Shown: positions 1 to 9,230 of the stretch, piece after piece
Layout: each line of letters opens with the position of its first letter
Position numbering within the stretch: position 1 is the stretch's first letter
Source of the DNA: Cyanophyceae cyanobacterium
Lineage (GTDB): Bacteria; Cyanobacteriota; Cyanobacteriia; Cyanobacteriales; Laspinemataceae
Assembly (NCBI GenBank): GCA_038321985.1
Contig: JBBQFN010000016.1
Span: forward strand, 57,714-121,713
Reading direction: 5' to 3'
DNA: 64,000 bases
Position numbers and translations under genes: made by a program
The notes under the pieces: model-generated
The model's database searches: none
What the model was told of the DNA's origin: nothing
Seen by the model: the letters and a program-made list of their open reading frames with translations, nothing else

Positions 1-276
1 GCTCAACAAGTACAAGAAGGTGCTAAAAAGCTTCAAGAAGAATTAGATGAGCTTGAAGTCATCGGAGAAGCCGGTGGTGGCTTGGTTAAAGTGATTTTAA
101 GCGGCAACCAAGAACCCCGGCGGGTGGAGATTTCCCCCGATGCTCTCGGCGAGGGAGCCGAAGTGGTTGCCGAACTGGTGACCGTTGCGATGACAGATGC
201 TTATAATAAATCCACCGCAACTATGCGCGAACGGATGGAAGAATTGACGGGCGGGCTAAATCTGCCCGGTCTGTAA
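1..276 (+). CDS. ybaB: YbaB/EbfC family nucleoid-associated protein (5' end outside window)
   Basis: Frame 1 is open from base 1: [39 protein letters not shown]...[13 protein letters not shown], the typical YbaB/EbfC pattern. Confidence 0.9.
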   Translation, partial: AQQVQEGAKKLQEELDELEVIGEAGGGLVKVILSGNQEPRRVEISPDALGEGAEVVAELVTVAMTDAYNKSTATMRERMEELTGGLNLPGL

Positions 277-345
277 CTGCAATAGCGCGGGCAGCCGCCC
301 AACTAGATCGAGTCTAATCCATATCAACTACTTTTCATCAAGATC

Positions 346-380
346 TAGCTGGCTTTCTGCTGTGTCAAGTAAGCCAGCTA
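346..380 (+). terminator. Putative intrinsic terminator hairpin downstream of ybaB
   Basis: Inverted repeat TAGCTGGCTT...AAGCCAGCTA followed by ATTTTGTT. Confidence 0.5.
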
Positions 381-581
381 ATTTTGTTAAGGGTTTTGAG
401 GGCGGTTTTAATGGGATTGATCCGGCTTAAAATCGCGGTAACCCGACTGACAGATCAGTTCTGGGTAAGATAGAAGGCGATCGCCGCGATCGTCCACCCC
501 CGTTGAGAGCGGGGTTTATTTTTTTAGGAGCGATCGCCCGTTCCATCTCTCCTCTATATCTAATCCCCAAACAACTCACCA

Positions 582-1073
582 ATGCCTTATAAACTTTTAT
601 TTGTCTGCCTTGGGAATATCTGCCGCTCTCCAGCCGCAGAAAATATTATGAACCACCAGATCCAGGACAGGAATCTCCAGGATAAAATTATCTGTGACTC
701 CGCAGGGACTTCGGCTTACCATGTCGGTAGTCCCCCCGATCGCCGCATGGTCGCTGCCGCCAAACAACAGGGACTCTCCTTCATGGGCGAAGCGCGGCGC
801 TTTCAAGTTGCAGACTTTCAGAAGTTCGATTTGATTTTAGCGATGGATCGAGAAAATTATGCCGATATCTTATCCCTCGATCCCCAAGGTCAGTATCGCG
901 AGAAAGTCCGCATGATGTGCGATTTTTGTCGCGATCGCCCCGAAAAAGAAGTCCCCGACCCCTATTACGGCGGTCCCGATGGATTTAACAATGTCATCGA
1001 CCTGCTGGTAGATGCCTGTAAAGGGCTTTTGGATTATGTCGTTGAGCAGCAAAATGTCAAGGTGAAACCTTAA
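582..1073 (+). CDS. Low molecular weight protein-tyrosine phosphatase
   Basis: P-loop VCLGNICRS and DPYYGG motif. Confidence 0.95.
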   Translation: MPYKLLFVCLGNICRSPAAENIMNHQIQDRNLQDKIICDSAGTSAYHVGSPPDRRMVAAAKQQGLSFMGEARRFQVADFQKFDLILAMDRENYADILSLDPQGQYREKVRMMCDFCRDRPEKEVPDPYYGGPDGFNNVIDLLVDACKGLLDYVVEQQNVKVKP

Positions 1074-1083
1074 CCCGTCCAGG

Positions 1084-1202
1084 ACGGAGGACCCCATCCT
1101 AACCCTCCCCGATGCCTTGGGGAGGGAACCGGAGGTGCTCTTAACGGAGGACCCCACCCTAACCCTCCCCTTGCTAAGGGGAGGGAACCGGAGGTGCTCT
1201 TA
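1084..1202. repeat. Two tandem ~60-bp REP-like hairpin units
   Basis: ACGGAGGACCCCA(T/C)CCTAACCCTCCCC-loop-GGGGAGGGAACCGGAGGTGCTCTTA occurs twice; a related degenerate copy lies near 62163-62208. Confidence 0.85.
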
Positions 1203-1336
1203 AGCGTAAAAAACCGACTCTTGTAAGTTAGGTTGAAAAAGCGTTAAGGGTAGTTCAACCGCCGCCAAATCTTGTTGACTCAGGCCCAAACGGAGCCGAA
1301 TCTGTTTTAAACTATTGCAAAGATTAGCTTCGGGTT

Positions 1337-1987
1337 TCATTCGCTTTCCTGAGCATTTTCCAAAAGTCTCACCCCCCACAACAAGGTAAAGGCAATTACC
1401 GTCATCATGAGTACCATTTGATTAGCGCGTTGATAATCCTGCATTTGTACCGCATCATAAATCGCCAGGGGTAAAGTTTGGGTCCGCCCAGGAATACTGC
1501 CGGCAACCATCAGAGTTGCTCCGAATTCTCCTAATCCTCGGGCGATACTTAAACCAAACCCTGCCAATACCCCACGATAGGCTAAGGGTAAACTAATCAG
1601 CCATAAAACTTCCAGTTCCGATGCGCCTAAAGTGCGGGCTGCCGCTTCGAGTTCAGAGTTGACAGAGGCGATCGCCACCCTTGTGGATTCCACCATTAAT
1701 GGGAGTGCCACCACCGTCGAGGCGACTGCGGCAGCTTGCCAAGTAAATAATAGATGAATTCCCAATACTTGCTGAATCAGACTCCCTCGCCCTAATGCCA
1801 GCAATAGCCCATACCCTACCACACTCGGAGGCAGTACCAAGGGTAAATTTAACACCGTCGAAACAATCAGTTTTCCAGGGAAACTTGTTCTTGCCAAGAA
1901 AATGCCTAACCCTAACCCTAAAGCTAAAATGGCTAGACTGGCAACTCCTATCACTTGGAATGACAAAAATAAGGGGTGCCAAATCAT
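1337..1987 (-). CDS. modB: Molybdate ABC transporter permease
   Basis: LPLVLPPSVVGY, EAA motif EAAARTLGAS, ARGLGEFGATLMVAG, GRTQTLPLAIY; overlaps modA by 4 bp. Confidence 0.93.
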   Translation of the reverse strand: MIWHPLFLSFQVIGVASLAILALGLGLGIFLARTSFPGKLIVSTVLNLPLVLPPSVVGYGLLLALGRGSLIQQVLGIHLLFTWQAAAVASTVVALPLMVESTRVAIASVNSELEAAARTLGASELEVLWLISLPLAYRGVLAGFGLSIARGLGEFGATLMVAGSIPGRTQTLPLAIYDAVQMQDYQRANQMVLMMTVIAFTLLWGVRLLENAQESE

Positions 1988-2787
1988 TTTGTTGCGTCTT
2001 CTCCCGGTAAAACAAAGCCATGTTTTTTCATTAATTCTCTACTTTTATAGCTATTAATAAATATAGCCAGTTGCTTGGCAATGTCAGGATGATGGGCAGT
2101 TTTGGGTACAACTAACATTTGTTCCAGGGGTTGATGTAAATCTGCGGAAATTAAGATCCATTGACCCGGACGATTCAGGCTAATGGATAAGGCGACGATC
2201 GCCACATCGACATTTCCTGCTTCTGCATATTGCTGAGCTTGCCTGATGTTTTCCCCTAATACTAACTTTGGCTGAAGCTCATCCCAAATTCCGATAGATT
2301 CCAAGGCTTGTTTCGCAGCAATTCCGTATGGGGCATGGTTGGGATTTGCGATCGCCACTCGTTCAATTTCTGATTTTGTTAAATCCTGAAGGTCTTTTAT
2401 CTGAAGGGAGCTATCTTCCCGATGCCATAGCGTAATTCGTCCCACCCCATACAATGCCTTAGTCTGCGAGAAAACTAGCTCTTTTCTGTCTAAATCTTCA
2501 ATAGATTTTTTATCGGATGCCACAAATAAATCAACAGGTGCACCTCGCTCAATTTGCTGTGCCAGTTGCCCTGTGGAACCCCAATTAATCATCACCTTAT
2601 TTCCCGTTTCCTGTTCCCACAGCTTGGCGATCGGGGGTAAGACTTGATTTAAACTTGCCGCTGCGGAAACGGTTAGAGTCACTGTTGCAGAGGATAAGTG
2701 AGGCGGCTGGGTTCCCGGAGAGACCCCACAAGCTACCAGCAGGGCAAAACCCATATACATGAGCAGTTTTCGTGGATATTGTCCCAT
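1984..2787 (-). CDS. modA: Molybdate ABC transporter substrate-binding lipoprotein
   Basis: Lipobox LVAC, VSAAASL, GSTGQLAQQIERGAPVDLF, ANPNHAPYG motifs. Confidence 0.93.
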   Translation of the reverse strand: MGQYPRKLLMYMGFALLVACGVSPGTQPPHLSSATVTLTVSAAASLNQVLPPIAKLWEQETGNKVMINWGSTGQLAQQIERGAPVDLFVASDKKSIEDLDRKELVFSQTKALYGVGRITLWHREDSSLQIKDLQDLTKSEIERVAIANPNHAPYGIAAKQALESIGIWDELQPKLVLGENIRQAQQYAEAGNVDVAIVALSISLNRPGQWILISADLHQPLEQMLVVPKTAHHPDIAKQLAIFINSYKSRELMKKHGFVLPGEDATK

Positions 2788-3203
2788 AGGTGTCGCATTT
2801 GACCTGAGTCGGAATACTGCGATTATATTGGCATTCTGCTAAAATACTGGCACCTCTAGGGGTCTGGGTTGAGGGCTTCTGCAACAACTCACACCCTATT
2901 CACGGAGCGTTTCGTTAGGAAAGGGTGGGGCTACTCTATAAAAACGACTGTTGATAACCGGACCCAACCCCACCGTAAATACCATCCTGGTGAATCCTAT
3001 GCCCTCTACGTCCTAGTCGATGCCTAATGCTCGTGCCTATGACTCGACCCTTTCCCAACTCGGTGATCTGAACTCATTTTTTGATGGATTTGTCAACCCT
3101 TACTTTCCCAAAAAAATTCCAAGTTTAGGGTAGATTCTCCGCTACAATCAACGAGACAACGGGACTGCTTCTTCTCACACAAAAAATCAAAAATGAGATA
3201 ATT

Positions 3204-4319
3204 ATGGATATACAAGCCGCCGTTGCTTGGCAAGCCGGTGAACCTTTAAGTTTAGAAACTGTACAACTTGAAGGTCCCAAAGCCGGAGAAGTTATGGTGG
3301 AAATCAAAGCTACCGGAGTTTGTCATACCGATGCCTATACTCTATCTGGAGCAGACCCGGAGGGACTGTTTCCGGCTATTTTGGGCCATGAAGGGGCTGG
3401 AGTTGTGGTGGAAGTCGGCGATGAAGTCAAAACTCTTAAAGTGGGCGATCGCGTCATTCCCCTCTATACCCCGGAATGTCGTCAATGCAAATACTGTCTC
3501 AGCAACAAAACCAACCTCTGTCAAGCAATCCGAGCCACCCAAGGCAAAGGAGTCATGCCGGACGGCACCAGCCGCTTCTCCCTCAACGGCAAAAAAATCC
3601 ATCACTACATGGGCACCTCCACCTTTGCTAACTTCACCGTTCTCCCAGAAATCGCCGTCGCCAAAATCCGGGACGACGCCCCCTTAGATAAAGTCTGTCT
3701 GATTGGTTGTGGAGTCACAACCGGCATTGGGGCAGTCATCAACACCGCCAAAGTCGAACCGGGGTCAAACGTCGTTGTCTTTGGTTTAGGGGGAATTGGA
3801 CTAAACGTCATACAGGGAGCGCGTTTAGTTGGAGCTAACCAAATTATTGGCATTGACCTCAATCCCGCCAAACGGGACCTCGCTGAAAAATTTGGCATGA
3901 CTCATTTCATCAACCCCAACGATGTAGAAGATGTGGTTGCAGCCATCATCGACCTCACCGATGGCGGTGCGGACTATAGCTTTGAATGTATCGGCAACGT
4001 CAACGTCATGCGTCAGGCCCTCGAATGCTGTCATAAAGGCTGGGGCGAATCGGTAATCATTGGCGTTGCAGGAGCGGGCCAAGAAATTAGTACCCGTCCC
4101 TTCCAACTCGTCACGGGTCGGGTTTGGCGAGGAAGCGCCTTTGGTGGAGCCAGAGGTCGCCGAGATGTACCTAAAATCGTCGATTGGTACATGGATGGTA
4201 AAATCGACATCGATAGTCTGGTCTCCCATGTCATCCCCGTCAATCGGATCAACGAGGCTTTTGACCTGATGCACGCCGGGGAAGGCATTCGCACCGTTGT
4301 CACATTCCCCGAATCATGA
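3204..4319 (+). CDS. frmA: S-(hydroxymethyl)glutathione dehydrogenase / class III alcohol dehydrogenase
   Basis: [18 protein letters not shown], structural Zn cysteines CRQCKYC...[20 protein letters not shown]. Confidence 0.97.
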   Translation: MDIQAAVAWQAGEPLSLETVQLEGPKAGEVMVEIKATGVCHTDAYTLSGADPEGLFPAILGHEGAGVVVEVGDEVKTLKVGDRVIPLYTPECRQCKYCLSNKTNLCQAIRATQGKGVMPDGTSRFSLNGKKIHHYMGTSTFANFTVLPEIAVAKIRDDAPLDKVCLIGCGVTTGIGAVINTAKVEPGSNVVVFGLGGIGLNVIQGARLVGANQIIGIDLNPAKRDLAEKFGMTHFINPNDVEDVVAAIIDLTDGGADYSFECIGNVNVMRQALECCHKGWGESVIIGVAGAGQEISTRPFQLVTGRVWRGSAFGGARGRRDVPKIVDWYMDGKIDIDSLVSHVIPVNRINEAFDLMHAGEGIRTVVTFPES

Positions 4320-5164
4320 CCCTTACCCTAACTCAGCAAAATCGTTCCTTTGGCGGAACTACTCAGTTTTATCAGCATTCCTCCCAATGCTGCAACGCTC
4401 CGATGCGGTTCTCGGTGTATGTTCCTCCCCAAGCCGCCCAGCAGCCGGTTCCCATTCTTTATTGGCTATCGGGGCTAACTTGTACGGAGGAGAACTTTAT
4501 CAGTAAAGCTGGGGCCCAACGTCTGGCCGCCCAATATGGCTTGCTGTTGGTTGCCCCCGATACCAGTCCCCGCAATCTGGGACTTCCGGGAGAAGATGAC
4601 CGCTGGGATTTCGGGAGTGGAGCCAGCTTTTATGTAGATGCGACGGAATTGCCCTGGAATAAGCATTATCAGATGTACCGCTATGTCACCGAGGAACTTC
4701 CCGCCCTGATTGAGGAGAATTTCCCAGTAGATCCGACTCGTCAGAGTATTTTCGGTCATTCTATGGGGGGACATGGAGCGCTCATCTGTGCCTTACGCCA
4801 TCCCTCCCGTTATCAGTCTGTCTCCGCCTTCGCTCCTATTACAGCCCCCATGTCTTGTCCTTGGGGAGAAACAGCATTTCGAGGCTATTTGGGGGAGAAT
4901 CGTCAAACTTGGTCTGCCTATGATGCGAGTGAGTTGGTGAAGACTTCAGCTTGGCGGCGTCCGATTTTGATTGACCAAGGGGACGCAGATTCGTTTTTGG
5001 CCCAAGGTCAGTTATTACCAGAACGGTTTGAGACAGCTTGTCAGCAGGCGGGTATTGACCTCCGGTTACGGATGCAGCCGGGGTACGATCATAGTTATTA
5101 CTTTATTGCCAGTTTTATGGATGACCATCTCCGCCATCATGCGGAGGCTTTAGGTTGTCTTTAG
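4316..5164 (+). CDS. fghA: S-formylglutathione hydrolase
   Basis: WLSGLTC, GHSMGG nucleophile elbow, [13 protein letters not shown] overlap with frmA. Confidence 0.96.
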   Translation: MTLTLTQQNRSFGGTTQFYQHSSQCCNAPMRFSVYVPPQAAQQPVPILYWLSGLTCTEENFISKAGAQRLAAQYGLLLVAPDTSPRNLGLPGEDDRWDFGSGASFYVDATELPWNKHYQMYRYVTEELPALIEENFPVDPTRQSIFGHSMGGHGALICALRHPSRYQSVSAFAPITAPMSCPWGETAFRGYLGENRQTWSAYDASELVKTSAWRRPILIDQGDADSFLAQGQLLPERFETACQQAGIDLRLRMQPGYDHSYYFIASFMDDHLRHHAEALGCL

Positions 5165-6075
5165 GATTTTTGGTGGCGAAGGGATACCACTCGCGCCACC
5201 AACACCGCCCGAACCACAAAAGTCAAGGCAGCGAATATCCCGTGGTGATTCTGCCTCTTTACACCCAGCATTATATTTTGCTCAACAAAAACCTGCTTTA
5301 CACGGGCCTACCGTAGGCGCGAAAGCTGGCAATTCTAGTCGGGCAGGAGAAAGCCCTGGCATTGGCAGTCCAGAACGTGTATGAAAATCAGCGCTATACT
5401 TTGCCGACTCAACGACTCAATTGCCGATAATCAACTGCTCAAGAGTGACAATCCCAAGGCTAGGCTGAGTGATGGATTGGCTGAAGTGTCCCATCAAACA
5501 AGATAGGTCAAACCAAGATGGACTTGTCCTGGAGGATCTAATCAACGGATTGTAGGGGTTCTAGGGTCTGGGTTTAGATAACCTATTCGGGCTAACTTAA
5601 TGGAACCAGTATGCGATTGACGTTCAAGAGTGAATGCTTTTTTAATCCCCATAAGCTCTTTTTTATCTCTGGCGGTTGAAGTTAACATCAATCACTTAGA
5701 GTAAATTCAATAATATCATGCAAAATTATAGTGAATTAAACATTCAAAGACTTATGCTATAAAGGTTTTAAAAGAATAATTACCCATTACCTGCAAAACT
5801 TTAGTTATTAAATCTGCATCTTTAGTGTAAATTTGTGCGATCGAACCCACAAAAACGCATAAAAACTAGAGTCTACTCCTAGAGATAGAGGTAGAATCTT
5901 GAAAGATATTCCTGTATGTACTTACCGAGCAAACCAAAATTCATCCTAACAGAGTTTAAGGAATGGTCGCCCAGCCAGTCCCTAGTGCTCTTACAACCAT
6001 TGGCCGGATGCACCCAGAGGCATCGCGCAGCATCAACCGTTGCTCACCGATACCCACTGAACTTCTAACCGCCAA

Positions 6076-6945
6076 ATGGATAACTCCAATAATCAAAACT
6101 CCGATAACTCACCCGTCTGTGAAAACATCAGGCTTGACCAAATTTCTCCCCCGAGGTTTCAACCTCGGACATATTTTGATGAACAGGCGATGGCGGAACT
6201 CACGGCCAGCGTTCAACAATATGGCATCCTTCAGCCGATTCTTGTACGACCTTTAGGAGACGAGCAGTATGAATTGGTCGCTGGAGAACGCCGGTATAAA
6301 GCAGCCAAAGCTGTTGGCCTGACTCAAGTGCCGGTAGTGGTGCGGAAAATGAGTGACATTGAAGCGATGCAATACGCCCTGCTGGAGAATTTGCAGCGGG
6401 AGAATTTGAACCCGGTTGAGGAAACCGAGGGGATTTTACAACTGTTGGAATTGAACCTAAAAACAGACCGTTCATCTATCATTTCCTTGCTCAACCGGAT
6501 GGCTAATCAGGAAAGAAATCTTACGGATAACGTTATCCGTAAAGAAGACCGAGAAGCCATTTCCTCAGTTTTCCAAAGTTTGGGTAAACTGTCTCCTGAG
6601 TCATTCAGAACAAACCGGCTGCCTCTGCTTAATCTGCCGGGGGATATTTTGGAGGCTATCCGTCGCGGACAGATCGAGTACACCAAAGCTAAAGCACTCT
6701 CTAAAGTTAAAGAGGCTGAACTTAGGACAGAAATTCTCAACCAAGCAATTACTCAATCCTGGTCTTTGCGCCAAATTAGGGAGTATATTAAATCTCGACA
6801 TTTACCAGCTAAACCCCAAGAAGTACAAGCTCGAATGGAGGCTATTCCCAAGAAAATGAAAAAGCTCAAAATCTGGGAGGACCCTGAAAAGTGGAACAAA
6901 GTTGAAATTTTACTGAAAGAATTGGAAATACTATTGGTAGAGTAA
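6076..6945 (+). CDS. ParB/RepB/Spo0J family protein (plasmid-type, no adjacent parA)
   Basis: QPRTYFD, GILQPILVRP, YELVAGERRYKAA (CTP-binding GxxR patch), ENLQRENLNPVEE. Confidence 0.92.
   Translation: MDNSNNQNSDNSPVCENIRLDQISPPRFQPRTYFDEQAMAELTASVQQYGILQPILVRPLGDEQYELVAGERRYKAAKAVGLTQVPVVVRKMSDIEAMQYALLENLQRENLNPVEETEGILQLLELNLKTDRSSIISLLNRMANQERNLTDNVIRKEDREAISSVFQSLGKLSPESFRTNRLPLLNLPGDILEAIRRGQIEYTKAKALSKVKEAELRTEILNQAITQSWSLRQIREYIKSRHLPAKPQEVQARMEAIPKKMKKLKIWEDPEKWNKVEILLKELEILLVE
6521..6542. promoter_or_regulatory. Perfect 22-bp palindrome inside parB (candidate parS-like site)
   Basis: TTACGGATAACGTTATCCGTAA is its own reverse complement; the parS role is inferred. Confidence 0.5.
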
Positions 6946-7085
6946 GATTAGACTTGAAAGTTAGTTAAAGATAGACAAGGGTTTTAGGGGATGGAAACTT
7001 GCATTGGATTCTACATAACTGCTTAGTAGTCTTTAAAGTCAAATGTGTTATGCTATTATCTGAAAAAAGCGCGGAGAGATAAAGT

Positions 7086-7547
7086 ATGCTAGAAACGCCA
7101 CTACTCGCTCAAATGGTTACTTCACTTATAGTTCCAGCAATTCCTTACCTGCTAAAAGGAGGTGAACAAGCTTGGACTGAAGCCTCAAAAAAAATCGGAA
7201 CTGATACATGGGAGTGGGCTAAAACTATTTGGACAAATCTTGTATCTTATTCTAAGTCAAAATCAAATGGGGAAGAGACAGTTAAAGAAGTTTTAAAAGC
7301 AGCTCAAGAACTAGCTGACAACCCTGCTGATCCAGATGCTGAAGTAGTATTGCGTGTTCAAATCAAAAAACTTTTAGCCTCTGATCCAGAACTTAGCTTA
7401 GAAATTGAAAAAGCTCTTAATGAAGCTGAAAAATCTGGTGTTCCAACCAGTATTCGTGTTGGGGGTGTAGATATTAGTGGGGGAGCAAACGTTACTAATT
7501 CAGGGAATTTGGTTGGGGGTAATCAAACATTCACTAATCAGAAATAG
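7086..7547 (+). CDS. Bell-domain-like helical protein with C-terminal G/N-rich putative amyloid signalling motif
   Basis: N-terminal PAIPYLLKGGEQAW..ASKKIG..WEWAKTIW and ELADNPADPDAEVVLRVQIKKLLASDPEL resemble Bell domains as I recall them; tail GGVDISGGANVTNSGNLVGGNQ; SD GGAG upstream. Confidence 0.7.
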   Translation: MLETPLLAQMVTSLIVPAIPYLLKGGEQAWTEASKKIGTDTWEWAKTIWTNLVSYSKSKSNGEETVKEVLKAAQELADNPADPDAEVVLRVQIKKLLASDPELSLEIEKALNEAEKSGVPTSIRVGGVDISGGANVTNSGNLVGGNQTFTNQK

Positions 7548-7557
7548 ATTCAAGGAC

Positions 7558-8154
7558 ATGAAAGAAAATCCTACTTCTAATGAGCCTAAAAAAGAGGGGA
7601 CGAATGATGAAAATCTTAAACCTTCGGATGATTCTAAGGGGCCAGAGAAACCTGATGAATCTAATAAACCTATTTCTGAAGAAGAGGGTTTAAATTTTGC
7701 CAAAAGGGTATTTAAATCTGAAAAAACTCAGGATGAAGAATTAAATTCAGACGAAGAAAAAGAATTTTTTAAATACCTTAAAGATCGGCAAAAATATCGG
7801 CAAAAAGTGAAAGCCCTGGGACTTGATGATTCCCCAACAATTTACTATGGAGGTATTCATATTAATGATAGCACTGTAGAAAATCATGGAAATTTAGTAG
7901 GAAATGACCAGAACAGTCATACAAATACTAATACAGGAGGCTTTTCAGGTCAAGCCACTGAAAAAGCTGAGGATACCCCAGAAGATACTGCATCTATTGA
8001 GTCTGTATTTGATAAAGCGGAAGATATTAAACAGCGTAGCTTTATGATTGCTTTGGCAACGCTTAATGGATACAATTATCGTATAGTAATTGAATCTACT
8101 CAACACTTACAATCTATTCTCAAACGACTAGAAGAAAATGAGGTAGAAGCATGA
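7558..8154 (+). CDS. Hypothetical protein with acidic N-terminus, internal matching amyloid-like motif and helical C-terminus
   Basis: ATG at 7558 follows an AAGGA SD, 10 bp after the previous stop; contains GGIHINDSTVENHGNLVGNDQ at 7849-7911. Confidence 0.75.
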   Translation: MKENPTSNEPKKEGTNDENLKPSDDSKGPEKPDESNKPISEEEGLNFAKRVFKSEKTQDEELNSDEEKEFFKYLKDRQKYRQKVKALGLDDSPTIYYGGIHINDSTVENHGNLVGNDQNSHTNTNTGGFSGQATEKAEDTPEDTASIESVFDKAEDIKQRSFMIALATLNGYNYRIVIESTQHLQSILKRLEENEVEA

Positions 8155-9218
8155 CATCGATGGGTACAAATCCCGGAATAAGTGAAAAGAAACGAAGTGA
8201 GTGGCTTAAAGAAATGTCGGCATATCTTGCTGATGATTATGAAGTTACTGAATATGGTAAGAGCCGAATTAAGACTGTTTTATTTACAGAAGAAGTAGCT
8301 CCGATATCTATTCTATCCCATGTTTGGCATGAGTACGATACTTATGCACAAGCCTTACTTATTTGGTTGTATGAACTAAGGAGTCATCCAAATTCTGATG
8401 TACGATTGAGGGTAGCAGCAGTTGCAGGACATTTAGCACTATATGAATTTCGTCCAGTTTATGAAAAAGTGATTTTACCTTGGGCAAAATTAGATAACGA
8501 GAGTGCACAAAAATTAGCAGCATTAGCGCTTACTATAGTAGCAGTTGAGGAGGATGAAGAAATTGCTAAACAATCCTTAAATATTCTTGAACGCTGGAGT
8601 AAACTAAAAAACTCATATAATTTACAATGGACAGCTATTGCTGCATATGGAAGTTATATCGGCTTACTATATCCTCAGCAAGCCATTGAAAATTTAAAGA
8701 CAATTGCTCAATCAGGTGACGGGCGCTTATTTCCCTATATTGTTCAAGCTGTAGCCAATTTATTTGACTCTGCTCAACAGATTTCTACTCAACACTTTCT
8801 TATATTAAAATCTTTAAAAGAATGGGCTGAACCATCTCATCAAAGTTCTCTTAATAAATTAAGTTTAATTATTTTTTGGGGTTTAATGAGGGAATCATGG
8901 ATTATTAAGGATGAAGTTCGCCAGCCAACTTTACTTTGGTTGGCTAAAAAAGACAAGGAATTGGAAGAATTAATAATATATTTGATGAGAAGAGGTCTTA
9001 ATTTGGAACTTACTAGAAATTTAATACTAGCTGAGATTTTCAATTGGCTAAAATTGGTTGATAAACAAGATAGCTTATACAAAACTTTAGGAAGAATTAT
9101 TTTTACATTAGCAAGCCCCGGTAAAGAGTATGAACGGATGTCCCACTATTTAAGGAAATATGGTAAAGATTCCCCAACAGCTTTGAAAATTCTACAATTA
9201 ATCGAAAAATATCATTAA
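8151..9218 (+). CDS. HEAT/ARM-repeat-like helical protein
   Basis: 355-aa ORF, ATGA-coupled to the upstream gene; HEAT-like units such as HPNSDVRLRVAAVAGHLA, NESAQKLAALAL and YNLQWTAIAAYG. Confidence 0.65.
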   Translation: MTSMGTNPGISEKKRSEWLKEMSAYLADDYEVTEYGKSRIKTVLFTEEVAPISILSHVWHEYDTYAQALLIWLYELRSHPNSDVRLRVAAVAGHLALYEFRPVYEKVILPWAKLDNESAQKLAALALTIVAVEEDEEIAKQSLNILERWSKLKNSYNLQWTAIAAYGSYIGLLYPQQAIENLKTIAQSGDGRLFPYIVQAVANLFDSAQQISTQHFLILKSLKEWAEPSHQSSLNKLSLIIFWGLMRESWIIKDEVRQPTLLWLAKKDKELEELIIYLMRRGLNLELTRNLILAEIFNWLKLVDKQDSLYKTLGRIIFTLASPGKEYERMSHYLRKYGKDSPTALKILQLIEKYH

Positions 9219-9230
9219 GGGAGAAAGGAG

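Noticed and set aside
1084..1202. Possible CRISPR array
   Set aside because: Only two contiguous ~60-bp units, no unique spacers and no cas genes; fits a REP-like tandem
2788..3203. Moco riboswitch upstream of modA
   Set aside because: The context fits, but I could not find the conserved AGGG...GAAA...CCUCCC/GAAAGG arrangement; needs an Rfam scan
5299..5381. c-di-GMP-I riboswitch (GGCGCGAAAGC resembles GACGCAAAGC)
   Set aside because: The 5' GGYAAAC and P1 GAAA/receptor layout are missing; kept only as an unassigned structure
5963..6256. 97-aa ORF overlapping the parB start, possible parA remnant
   Set aside because: No deviant Walker A or other ParA features; out-of-frame shadow ORF
7477..7557. 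GTG start at 7477, or a programmed frameshift fusing the Bell gene to its partner
   Set aside because: ATG at 7558 has a good SD just after the upstream stop, and there is no clear slippery site or stimulator in the short open overlap
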